A DNA stretch of 64,000 nt. It comes from Oikopleura dioica (taxonomy: Eukaryota; Animalia; Chordata). Where the stretch lies: positions 3,224,001 through 3,288,000 of the forward strand of contig OU015568.1 in the NCBI GenBank assembly GCA_907165135.1, read 5' to 3'. The translations under genes were made by a program, and so were the position numbers. How positions within the stretch are numbered: the stretch's first letter is position 1; each line of letters starts with the position of its first letter. The notes under the pieces are model-generated. The model was not told where the DNA came from. It saw only the letters and a list, made by a program, of their open reading frames with translations, and did no database searches. Below are positions 49,729-61,400 of the stretch, one piece after another.

Positions 49729-52129
49729 ATGGATCAACGAGGTGATAAAAATATCGAGAATAGCACAGAAAATAAAATTTTTAGAATAAAATTCTCCGTT
49801 CTGAAAACGATCTTCTTGATTTTCGCGGCGAAGGGTTTGAGCTTGGCGATTCCTTTTTATTGGAAAGATCTTGTTGATTATCTAACGGGTAGGTTCTTTT
49901 GTTTGATGAAAAAATTGAAAAGGTCGTTAACCCGGATTCAGAAGAACAAACCTAACTTTCTGTTTACAAAATCTTTTTAGCAATCGACGAAAAAGATGTC
50001 ATCTCGACCGCCGAAACCCTTGCTGCTCTATCGACCCCTTTCGTCACCTATGCAGCCGTCAAATTGATGGAACCGACTATTGATCAGTACAAATCTTACA
50101 CCTTCGCCAAAGTGAAACAAAGCACAACGCGTAAAATTGGAAAAGCGCTCGTCGAAAAATTATTTGGACTTGATCATGCTTTTCACACTAATCGCGAAAC
50201 TGGCGCGATTTTAAAGGTACGTTCATTTTACATAATTTTCATGCAATATAAATATTTGCTCTCTTCCGAAAAAGAGGGAAGGAAATTGAATTAATTTCGT
50301 TTTCAGGCTGTGGACAGGGGAAATCGAGCAATAGCGACTGTTCTCCATGCGTTATGCATCGTCTTTTTACCGGCTTTATTTCAAGTAATTTGCACTGGCG
50401 GTTTTATTTGGTATTTTTGCGGAGCTGTCTATGCCTTGTCCCTCTTTCTTGCGATGTTTGTTTATGCGACCTTCTCAATCAAATACACCCAGGTAAGAAA
50501 TATTCTCCTACAAAAGCCACTGTAATTTTCCAGTATCGAACTCCCTTCCGAATCGCCATGAACAAAGCAGACATGGAAGCAGGCAATCTTGCAACAGACT
50601 CGCTCCTCAACTACGAAACAGTCAAGTTCTTCGCCAACGAAAAATACGAAACAGAACGATACGACGAAAAACTCGCCAAATTCGAGGAAGCCGCGTTGAA
50701 GACCGATCGAACACTGGCGCTCCTGAACATGGGTCAGTTGGCGATTTTGGCTTCGTGTCTCCTTTTCAACTTGGCAATGGTCGCCGGCGTCGTCGATTTC
50801 GGACAAGGATCGATTGCGAATGGAGAATTGACGATTGGTGAATTCGTGATGATGGCAAGCTATTTCCAGCAAATTCAACGACCGCTTTTCTTCCTTGGCT
50901 CGACTTATCGAGACTTGATTCAAGCAAGAACTGATTTTGACAGTATGTGGCGGCTGATGGAGCAAAATCCAGAGCTCGAGGAAGGTCCGAAAACTCTATC
51001 GGCCGAAAAACAACTCGACATTAAATTCAAAGACGTCCGCTTCGCCTATGGCAATGGCAACATCGTTCTCGACGGGGTCAACTTTTCCATCTCTCCCGGC
51101 GAACGAGTCGCAATCGTTGGTGGTTCTGGCGCTGGAAAATCGACACTGGCGAAACTTCTCTTCCGATTCTACGATCCGATTGAGGGTTCAGTTGAAGTGA
51201 ATGGGGAGGACATCCGAAACTTTAACTTGAAATCCTTTCGAGAAAATATCGGGGTGGTTCCTCAAGATTGCGGTAAGAAATCTCTTCATTCCTCTTTTTT
51301 CCACATTTTTCGGCATTTCATTTTTTTCTTTTAGTATTTCTGTCACGCTTTCTTGTCTAAACACTAGAATAAGCACTCAGTAGTCAACAAGAGAACCGGG
51401 TAAGTATCGTATGAAACTATAAACGTATTTTCATCCAGTAGTAACTATCTTCCAATCCCAGCTTTTGACGCGTTTCATTTCAGTTTTGTTCAACGACACA
51501 ATTTACAACAACATTCGTTACGGAAACCTGAACGCGACGGAGAATCAAATTATCGAGGCCGCGAAAGTCGCTGATCTCCACCGATCCGTTGCGGAAATGA
51601 AACAAGGCTACCAAACTGTAGTTGGCGAAAGAGGAGTCAAACTTTCTGGAGGCGAGAAGCAAAGACTTGCTATTGCGCGTTGCTTTTTGAAAGATCCGAA
51701 AATTGTAATCTACGATGAAGCAACAAGCTCGTTGGATTCTGTAACCGAACAGGTGAGATTTGCTTTCAAAAACCTTAGGTTATCTCGTTTCTAGCGCATT
51801 TTGGAATCGCTCGAAAAAGCCACAAAGAACAAATCCCTTCTCGTTATCGCTCATCGACTATCAACGATCGTCAAGAGCGACAAAATCATCGTCTTGAAAG
51901 ACGGAAAAGTCGCCGAAGTCGGCAACCATTTCGATCTCTTCGTCCTAAACAACCACTACAGAAAGATGTGGGATATTCAGTCGAATCAACAGGACACGAT
52001 AAAGAAGAAAGCAGTCGACGTACGCAAGCAACACATATATTTCTAGTTCATCTTTTCTTTCAGAAAAACAAATGCAGAAAAACGATCGAAAGAAGTCTCG
52101 AGAAAAAAGGCTGCTGCGCCAAATGTTAA
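49729..52129 (+). CDS. ABCB7: Mitochondrial ABC half-transporter ABCB7/Atm1; 5' end uncertain
   Basis: RETGAILK-AVDRG, DSLLNYETVKFFANEKYE, Walker A GGSGAGKST, signature LSGGEKQRLAIAR, DEATSSLD, IAHRLST, and C-terminal KGCCAKC*. Confidence 0.93.
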
Positions 52130-52755
52130 ACAATTCATCGTCAAAAAATCTTCATCCATAAAATATAAACACAAATAAAGGAAAACATAATTACTAAGAA
52201 TCTACGTGTGTTTTGTCTATATTTCTCATCGAAAATATCCGTTTCTTCTTTTGTCAGCGGGAATAACCTTTCATCATCGTGTTCATGCATGTTAATGAGT
52301 GCTTTTGCAAGTTGAAGTGTGGAATTAAGCCCTTATTGTCTCATTTTAATACGACTCGATAGACAGTCTTTGACTTGAAAAAAACGGATAGAGATGCATC
52401 TTCTTCTTCAATTCTATCCTCCGCGAACTGACTTTCTTGGAAACTCAAAAACCACTGTAGGAACGTCAGCATTTTTTCATTAAAAAGTAGTAGCCCACTA
52501 ATGAACTTCAAAATGCATGTTTAGTGAAGAATCAGCCAGAGTCATTTCAAGGCGAAGAATCAAAGGCTGGACTTTTTAGGAAAAGATATCGATCTCACTT
52601 TAGCTAGTTTTTCATATTTTGAAATCTATACGAAAGGTGCTTGTGCGATTACATTCATGTATGTACACTTTGCTGCTGCCCTTGTCTGGTGCATCTTTCT
52701 ACAGACGAAACCGAACTGTCTCCCGTTTAATTCTCTGCTTTTTTATTCAATTAAA

Positions 52756-55112
52756 CTAACAGCATTTTAAATAAATACATGAGGAGAACCCTAAATCTTT
52801 GTTCGCTGATAAGCTTCGTTGACAACTCCGGTCTCGTTCTTCGAAACAGTTCTTGATCGAGCACCCTTTGAAGACCTCGAAATTGTTCTAGAGCGAACTG
52901 CGGATGCAGCTACCACTGCTCGGTTGCAAAAAGCATCGTCGTAAGGTTTAAGGGAGCGCAGCCAGATGGGTAGGATTTTCCAGTCATCGCGAATTACCTA
53001 AAATTAAAGGACTTTAATACTTTGTCTAAATACCTCTGGGAGAATTTCAGGCTTTGAGTCACGCAAATGATTGATGACAACGACAGTCAGGATGATAATG
53101 AAGACAAGGAGGAATAAAACGCCTTCAAGGATTGTTTTGCAAAAGAAAAGAAGACACACTTGGTATTAAAATGAACCCTTCCTGTAAGAATAGGAGCAAC
53201 AAGAGAGAGCACAAAAGCCAAACCCGGGATCGCAACAAAAAGTCCGATAATGTAACAAAATGCCCACCACCGATATTTTTCTGTCTCCGCTCCTGCCCAA
53301 AGAGCCAAGCGAATAGGCAGTCTTCTGGCAACAGGAACAATGAACCAAAGGAGAAGTCCCACCATATTGAAGAACAGATGAGCCAGCGAAACCTGAATCT
53401 TTAACAAAGATTAACGAAAAAGGGCAAAAACCTGCATCGATTCAGCAAATCCATCCCCCAAATTTGCCAAAGCAGCAATCAACCCCGTCGTTGTTGTCCC
53501 AATGCAACAACCAACAATCAAAGAATAAGCCCTTTCAAGAGAAATGACGCCGATTCCACACAGTGGAGTGATTACCGCGCAAACGATACTGGAGCTTTGG
53601 ACAGCGACAGTCATCAGAATTCCAACAATAACATAGATATAATCGGTAAGTGGGCGGAAAATACCCGGAAGATCTTTGTCGATATATTCTCGAATGATCC
53701 GATTGATGTGTCCGGAGAGGACGGATTTTAAGCTTCGGACGATCATTGCAAGCTACAATTTTTGACTCGAATACAAAAATAAGACAGCCATTTACCGAGT
53801 AAAACATGATCACAAGCGCAAGAGCAACAGTGCATAAGCCAACAACAGTATCGGAATAACAAGCTCCTAGAGAAAAATGAAGATGGTGATTCAGTGAATA
53901 ATCTTGCCTGTGAAAATATGATCGTTTATCCTTGCGCAATTCTCGCCGAACATCGCAAGAAACGAAGAAACATTATCTCGCTCATTCCAACTGCAGCTCC
54001 AAGACTGATCTGCTTCCAAACACGCATCCTCGTTGTTTTCAATGCAGCGCTCATCGCTCAATCCGCAGAATGTAGCGCAAGAAGAGATAGTTTTGCCACA
54101 GTAAGCGACGAAACTTCCGTTGTAATACTCGTCTCCAAGGGCTGCTTTGTTGACGGCGATAATTTTGCTTTTTAGTGGACCTAAGAATTATCGAGTGGAT
54201 AGAAGAACATTGAACCTGTGATTGTTTCGATAGGATTGTTGATTTCATCAACAGCAGACGTATTTGCTTGATCAATTGAAAGAACACACGCTGCTGTGAG
54301 ACGATGCAGTGGTTGAAACGCCATTTCTAGAGGAAGCAAGACAACTGCCGTGAGCAAATTATACATCGACAAAACCACTGCTGAAGCAATTGCCCGGCCG
54401 AACTCAGCGCGTTGAGTTGCATTACCAAACGCAACGAGAGTGCTCGTGATGGAAGTACCGACGTTGCAGCCCATCACCATGTAAATTGCCTATAACGAGG
54501 GCAACTTATTCGAATTGTTTGAGTTCAGATGTTCTGAGAGACGAGCCCTTTCCTGGGGCACGGTAAGGATGCGTGCGCCGACCATGGTGATGATGATTGA
54601 GGTTGATGTTGATGAGCTCAATTAGGAGATGCCAAATCGACTCTTGTTTTGAGTACAATACGGTTGATAAGGACTCCGTTCCTTTGAACAACAACTGTCA
54701 CAATAATTCCAATTATAAGACCACAAAGCGGGTTTGAAAGAGTATCTTAATGATATCAATTCTAGATCAAAACTCTAGCTGACCTTGATAATCTACGAGG
54801 AATCGGTTGAGAGATGCACCGCCCAAAACTTGGAAGGCGCTTGATAAGATCCCCAGACTAACGATGAAGATATAGAGAAATCCTTGAAAATTGGGAAAAT
54901 CTGTTATTCAAAGAAAACAAACCGATCGCAAGGAGAATTTTGTAGACGACTGTACATGGTGGAATAATCTCATCAGGATCTTTTATTGGAACACTAAAGG
55001 AATACCAAATAAATCAAAATATTTCTCATTAATTTTTGAAGCGTTACATGCTGATTTCTGGCTCTTTTTTCTCGTCTCGGTTATCCTCGGGAATTTCTTG
55101 TAAAGTGGACAT
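52756..55112 (-). CDS. SLC34A: Type II Na+/phosphate cotransporter (NaPi-II)
   Basis: VQSSSTSTSII..MVMGCNVGTSITSTLVA, VAVQSSSIVCAVITPLCGIGVISLERAYSLIVGCCIGTTTT, LAHLFFN, KYRWWA, LPIWLRSLKPYD. Confidence 0.93.
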
Positions 55113-55303
55113 TCTCTTTTCTAGCTTTGCTTTTCGAAAAAGGATGACGATGGGAGCCAAATGAGTACACAAGGCCCGAGAGTGAACTTGGCCAACATAC
55201 AAATAAAGCGCAAACATTAAGATATCTTGATAATTGCGTAATAGACGAATACCTAGACCTGTGTTATTAAAAAACGAAAAAGAAGCAAGGTTTGAAATAA
55301 ATA

Positions 55304-55790
55304 TCAAATTTTATTGCAAATTTTGATGCAACAGCAGCATAAACATTCGAACCATCCAAAATTATCTCTATCATCTGATTCTTCGGGTTTTTCTATGCTA
55401 TCCCAGCTTGCAGTGGAGACATTTCTAGTTGCCGCGTTTGACTGCTCATCTTCTTTTTCTTTTATGGTAGTTTTGAGACTTTCTGGTCCAACAGTGTACT
55501 CAATCGGATCTGCGAAAGAAACAACACTGATTCAGGCTTTCAAAAATTGCGAATCACAAAAAATAGAGGGCCCAACTTATTCTCAAGGGGTCCTTATTTC
55601 TGGACACTCTTTTTCATTAATAAGCCCTTCCTAGTCCTCCTCTTATCAAGAAATGCCATTCTCTTACTTTTGACGGGTTCGTCAAAATAACTCGTAAAGA
55701 TCACTCTTTTCAGAGTGAAATAAAATGATGGCTGTCCTGCTTTTACTACATCGGCGAAAATAAAAACGCGCTGCCAAAAAGAAGACACAA
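55304..55790 (-). CDS. Small protein ending in a cysteine cluster; 5' exons uncertain
   Basis: Last exon DPIEYTVGPESLK...DNFGWFECLCCCCIKICNKI*. Confidence 0.45.
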
Positions 55791-55989
55791 AAGTAACTTT
55801 AGGAATAATTAATTTATTTCTAAGCTTGTTGCGAATATGAACTGAATATTCGTAATTGGGTCGTATTGCACAGGTGTAAATCGCTTGTTTAAAGTTTTGT
55901 AAAATTGCTCCTTTTTCTACAGATTTTTTTGTTTTTGGAGCAAGCAGTCACTTGACGGCAGCTTGGAAACTTGAAATAGTTATTTTTTT

Positions 55990-56758
55990 TTAGTTCTTCT
56001 TTGACTTCGTGTAGCGAGACTTGGACTTGTTGTAGAGCATGTATGGGAAGAGAAGGGATGGAATGGTCAGGATGAAGAAGATCAACCAGTCCTGAAAATT
56101 GATGGTCAAGAAGATTCTCTTAGTTTTACTCGTTGCTTCTGAATAAGAGCAAATATTCTTGTATATTGATGAACTTACAACTCCATGTGATGCATGATTT
56201 CGGAGGTATTCCGTTTCTGGAATGATGTTGGCAACTCCGTAGTCTGACGAGAAGGATCGAACAGTCTCTTCGCTTTCTAAAATACGTATTTTGAAGAATT
56301 GTCATGGCTTTGCTCCTTACCAGAAGGTCTGTAATTGAGAACAGCAGAGGTGATATTCTGTGCGCCGGCTTTGAGTGGCTTTACGACGATTTCGTGAACG
56401 ACGGAACTGTCTGGCTCGATCTTGCTCCAGCTTGTCTGAAATCAACGATGAAGATCATTTAAATAAGGAGAGGAAGTACCTTGACATCTCCACTAACAAC
56501 GGCCCAGTCCTTGGCGAAGTTTTCTTCGTTGAATTCAACCTAAAACGGGGTTTTAAACGATATTTGACGGTAGATGCTTACGTCAAGAGCAGCGGATTGA
56601 CCAATGTTGTAGATTTTGTAGGTAAAGGTCATATCAACATTTTCGGCGAGGATTTTGGTTTCTGTTTTCTTTGACACAAGAAGTCGTGCTTCAGTAGGAG
56701 CAGCTTGTTCTTCGGCAAGAGCGCTACCGATCAGGGCAAAAATTCCGAACAATTTCAT
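55990..56758 (-). CDS. SSR2: Translocon-associated protein beta (TRAP-beta)
   Basis: Signal peptide, ARLLVSKK...DMTFTYKIYNIGQSAALDV, VVKPLKAG, and TM DWLIFFILTIPSLLFPYMLYNKSKSRY. Confidence 0.9.
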
Positions 56759-56959
56759 ATTCTGAAAACAAGAAAAATAACATTTCCGAACAAATATGCG
56801 TGAAGAAGAATTTCAAGGCATAAAATGACGATAATTGTAAGTTTAAATCGAATTTTGTGACACTTAAATAATGAGTTAGTCGATTGTCTCTAAATCTTCA
56901 ATTTTCCTTCTCCAAAAGTCTCTCTAAAATGATTGACTCCGACTAAATCTTGAAATTTC

Positions 56960-57090
56960 CCCCTTATTGCGCGCTTGGTGCCACGTCTTTTCGCCATATC
57001 TGCCGCGCGATTATTGGTCGCGCTTGCGCGCGGGCGGCGCTATTTGCGCTAAACGCGCATCTCGCGCATTTCGCGCTGCACGCAAAAATT
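56960..57090. promoter_or_regulatory. CGCG-rich putative bidirectional promoter between SSR2 and RRP8
   Basis: GC island of repeated GCGC/CGCG motifs between two divergent starts, in AT-rich flanks. Confidence 0.4.
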
Positions 57091-57100
57091 GATAAGGAAA

Positions 57101-58445
57101 ATGACGGAAGTCGTGGAAAAAGTTGAAGAGGGAAAAGTGGCGAAAAAGTCGAGAAAGAACAAATTCAAGAATCCGGGATGGCAGGAGAAGAAGATTTTGA
57201 AGGCAGAACAAGTGAAAGAGATCTTGGAACAGAAAGCGAAGAATAATGAAGAAAAGATCGGAAAGAAAAAGGAAATCTTACAGAAAAAGAAAAAGTCGAG
57301 AAGAGGCCAGAAGAAGGATAAGTTAAAGGTGAGCTCGTACGCGCTATTGAGTAGCTATTATTATAATTGTTATCAACAAGGTTTATTCCTTTTTATCGTT
57401 TTTACGGAGTCCTTATTTTTTATGAAATAATGAAATCTGACCATCATTATCTTAGATAATTTATCTATTCAGAAAAAGAACGATTCCTCAAAACCCCCAA
57501 AAACTCCTTCAAAGCCACAAAAAGTCGAAAAAGAAGACGAAGAATCGGACTCAGAAGAAATGGAAGTTTCTCCCTCAAACAATCCCTTCGCCGCGTTGGA
57601 AGACAACGAAGAAATACCAGAAATCAAGCCCGTTAACCCCGCATTGGCGCGAAGAAGAGCGTTGAAAGAAAAGCTCGAGACACAGTTGAAGGCGGCGGAA
57701 TTCCGATTTATCAACGAGCAATTGTACAGAAGCGACGATAAAAGTTGCAAAAAGATTTTGGCTGGAGATGCGGCGAAAATTTATCACGAAGGTAAGAATA
57801 TAAATCTGATTCTTCTGAAAATGTGTTCAACATTTCAGGTTTCGCAAAGCAGGTAGAAAAATGGCCGGTTAATCCAGTCGACTTAATCATCAGTTACATC
57901 GACAAAAAGCTCCCCCGAAACCACGTGATCGTCGACATGGGCTGCGGGGAAGCCAAATTATCTGCGTCACTCAAGCACAAGGTACACACTTATTCTCCTC
58001 CATGATTGCGAAATTTATCTGTAGGTTCACTCATTTGACCTGGTGAAACACAACGAGCGAGTCACAGCATGTGACGTTCGAAAAACGCCACTTGAAACAA
58101 ACGAAGCCGACTGTGTTGTTTTCTGCCTCGCCTTGATGGCAGAAAGAGTCGATGAATTTATTAAAGAAGCGAATAGAATAACGAAAACTGGCGGAAAATT
58201 GATCATTGCGGAGGTCAAATCAAGGTACAATTTTGATATCAAGCCCTCATTTATTTTCATTTTTCAGATTGGAGAATGAAAAGAAATTCAAGAAAGCCCT
58301 GGGGTCTTATGGCTACACGATGGTATCCGAAAATGACAGCAACACTCACTTCACACTTTTGGTTTTGAAGAAGTTCCGCGACATTGAGCCAAAAGCCAAA
58401 TTGCCTGCGTTGAACTTTCGTGCCTGTCAATACAAAAAGCGATAA
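57101..58445 (+). CDS. RRP8: Ribosomal RNA-processing protein 8 (nucleomethylin) methyltransferase
   Basis: LKAAEFRFINEQLY, YHEGFAKQVEKWPVNPVD, IVDMGCGEAKL, VHSFDLV, VVFCLALM, ALNFRACQYKKR*. Confidence 0.93.
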
Positions 58446-58497
58446 ACACTCATTTTTTTTATCATTTTGCATTTTTAAGACATTCTGTCGAAATCAG

Positions 58498-61400
58498 ATG
58501 AAGACTCGTAGAACGGCCGATGCCGAGGGAGATACAGATGAGCATTCGGACCATCATGATGATCAGACAAATCGCCGGTCCAACTACAGATCTTACGGGT
58601 AAATACAGTCATTAATCTCGAGAGTCATTTTATTTACAAAAAAGTGGTCGAAGTTCCGGGCGAAGAGAGCGAGTAACTCGTTCCCAAGTCATTGTCATCA
58701 ATTTGTCCGGATCAGAATCAGACGATGGCGGTCTTGGATCCTTAGCTCCCAAAAGAGAACGTCGGCATCTGCCTATTCGCTCCGTTCGCTCTAGAATCAG
58801 AAACAGTCAGTCAAGGAATGGATTCAAAAAGCCTTTATTTGCTCTTGGTTTCGCATCTTTTTTACCTCAAAAATCAAAGGAAATCATCAATTGAAAAAAT
58901 CATAATTTTGAAAATTTCTCGTCTCTAGAATTGGTCCCAAAAACCTGTTGTCTTATCAAGATTTCCCAAGAAAGTTAAAAACGCGGCAAAATGCGCTTGA
59001 GAGACCGGAATTCCCTCGGCGTTTTGTCGGAATTGACAAACTCGATGAAAAATATGAACTTTCCAAGTGACCGACGAAATTCTTTTGAATCCAATGAAAG
59101 CGGCCACAGCCTGCGCTCGCACTCGAGCAGACGCCATTCGCCGGCATCAGGTTATCCGCTTCGAAGTCGGGAATCAAATAGACGAACAAATAGCGAAGTA
59201 AAGGAAGAATACGAGGAGTATAACGGTAAGTTAAGACCTTTTCGGGTGATGCATGGAATTTTACTCTGTTTTTTTTCAAATTTGCTTATGAATGTCGGTG
59301 TTTTTGCATGATAACAGTGAGAATATCTTCAGAAACTCCAGAAATCAGCCTTGCCAACAATTCCGCCCACGACGAAGAAGACGATGAAGAAGAAATCCGC
59401 CGACCGCCTTCTCGCTCTCGTAAATCCCGAGTACGGCCAGTTCGCCCATCCGGTCTTGCTCGCGAACTCAACAATTTGCAACAACTGGCCAAGGAAAACT
59501 ACGGCAGCGATTTTGGTGAACAAGAAATGAGTCTTCACGATCGTGTCAAAGCTAGAAGCCGACGATCGCAAAGTATGCGGGAAGAAAGGCGGCGACAGGA
59601 GGAAGAAGAGCAGAATGAGGAGCAAATGGATGATGATGACGAGAATGGCGATGAAGATGATGAGGAAGGCGAAGAAGAAGAAGACGAGGAAGAGGAAGAA
59701 GAAGAGGAGGAGCAGGATCAGGAAGAGCACGGATCGCGATACCCACGAAGAACGCGTCGACAAAGAATCGTCCCGGAGCGCTACGGTCAGCAAAGAAAGA
59801 ACATCACGATTACACGATCATCCACACGGTCAGGTTCAAGACGAGCGCCAGAGATATCGATTCGTCGCTCCTCAAGCGCCCCGAAGAAGAATCGACAAGC
59901 ACGATCGTATCAGTGGGACTTTAGAAAGAAAAAAGACCGAAAGGTATTTACTCTTGAGACTAGATGCTTATATCTTAACCTAGTAGGTAGTACATATGTA
60001 GTAGGTAACTAGTAGGTAATGTAGTACATTAAAGGCGCATGAATCGGACGATTCCTCGTCAAGCAGCGACGAAGAGCATTTCCAGAAAAAGAAACGTCGA
60101 GAAATGGAGCGTTCCCGCAATACCATGCTTCCCATGAATTTGAACATGAAGGATGCCAATCATCGTCATGGATTCCGCGATCGGGAGCGAATCGGAGCTT
60201 CTCTCGCAGATGTGGATCCGATGGATTTCGACAAGTCCATCACCTTCTCCAGTGTGGGTGGTCATCCAGACGCGATAAGGCAGTTGAAAGAAATGGTCGT
60301 CTTGCCGATGTTGTATCCAAACGTCTTTGAAAAGTTTTCCGTTCAGCCGCCTCGTGGAGTCTTATTCTACGGCCCGCCTGGAACTGGAAAGACATTGATG
60401 GCCCGTGCGCTGGCCAATGAATGCTCACAAGACGGCAAGAAAATGGCGTTTTTCATGCGAAAAGGAAGCGATGTTCTCTCGAAATGGGTCGGCGAATCGG
60501 AGCGTCAACTCCGCCTTCTCTTTGACCAAGCTTATCGCATGCGCCCCTCTATCATCTTTTTCGACGAAATCGACGGCTTAGCCCCTGTCCGCTCGAGCAA
60601 GCAAGACCACATCCATTCATCCATCGTTTCTACCCTCCTCGCGCTCATGGACGGTCTCGACAGCCGCGGAGAAGTAATCGTCATCGGTGCTACCAACAGA
60701 GTCGACGCCATCGACCCTGCTCTTCGACGACCAGGGCGGTTTGACAGAGAAATTCTATTTCCCTTGCCAAGTGCTGAAGCAAGAATGCAAATTTTGAAAA
60801 TTCACGCGAAAAAGTGGGAAGCAAAACCAGAAGATAGCTTTTTCCGCCGCCTTTCGTTGAAAACCACGGGCTACTGCGGTGCTGATCTAAAGGCTCTCTT
60901 CACCGATGCTGTTTTGAACGCGCTTCGACGAACCTACCCAGCTGTTTATCGAACAACCCAGAAAATTGACGTCAACTTGGGAAACATCACCCCAGCAGAA
61001 GAAGACTTTGAAAACGCGATGAAGACGATTGTTCCATCAAGTGTTCGCTCTGATTCTTCCGCAGCTGTGCCCCTTGACGCTCATTGCAAGCCTCTTTTGA
61101 TCGGAAAGTTCAACGAGCTCTTGGAACACGTGGGCAATCTTTGGCCGCATGTCAAGCTCAAGAATTCCAGCTCGAATCGAACCGATAGAACTATTTTTGA
61201 CCAGCCATCAAGCTCGAAAGACGAGTTTCTCATTTTCGAACCTCGTTTACTTATAAAAGGGATGCCCGACAACGGACAAAATCTCCTTGCCCAAGCCCTG
61301 CTCGACTCGATGGACAGTTTCAAGATCATCAAGGTCACTCTCCCCGCCCTTTTTGCTTGCTCGACCAGAACTGTGGAAGATACCCTTGCTGAGATGCTGC

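Noticed and set aside
51334-51402. Possible poison exon (ttttAG ... GTAAGT) in an ABCB7 intron
   Set aside because: Only the splice dinucleotides support it; such sites occur by chance and cannot be assessed without reads.
59329-59793. Hydrophobic minus-strand ORFs opposite the ATAD2 N-terminus
   Set aside because: Antisense of the acidic poly-Glu/Asp tract.
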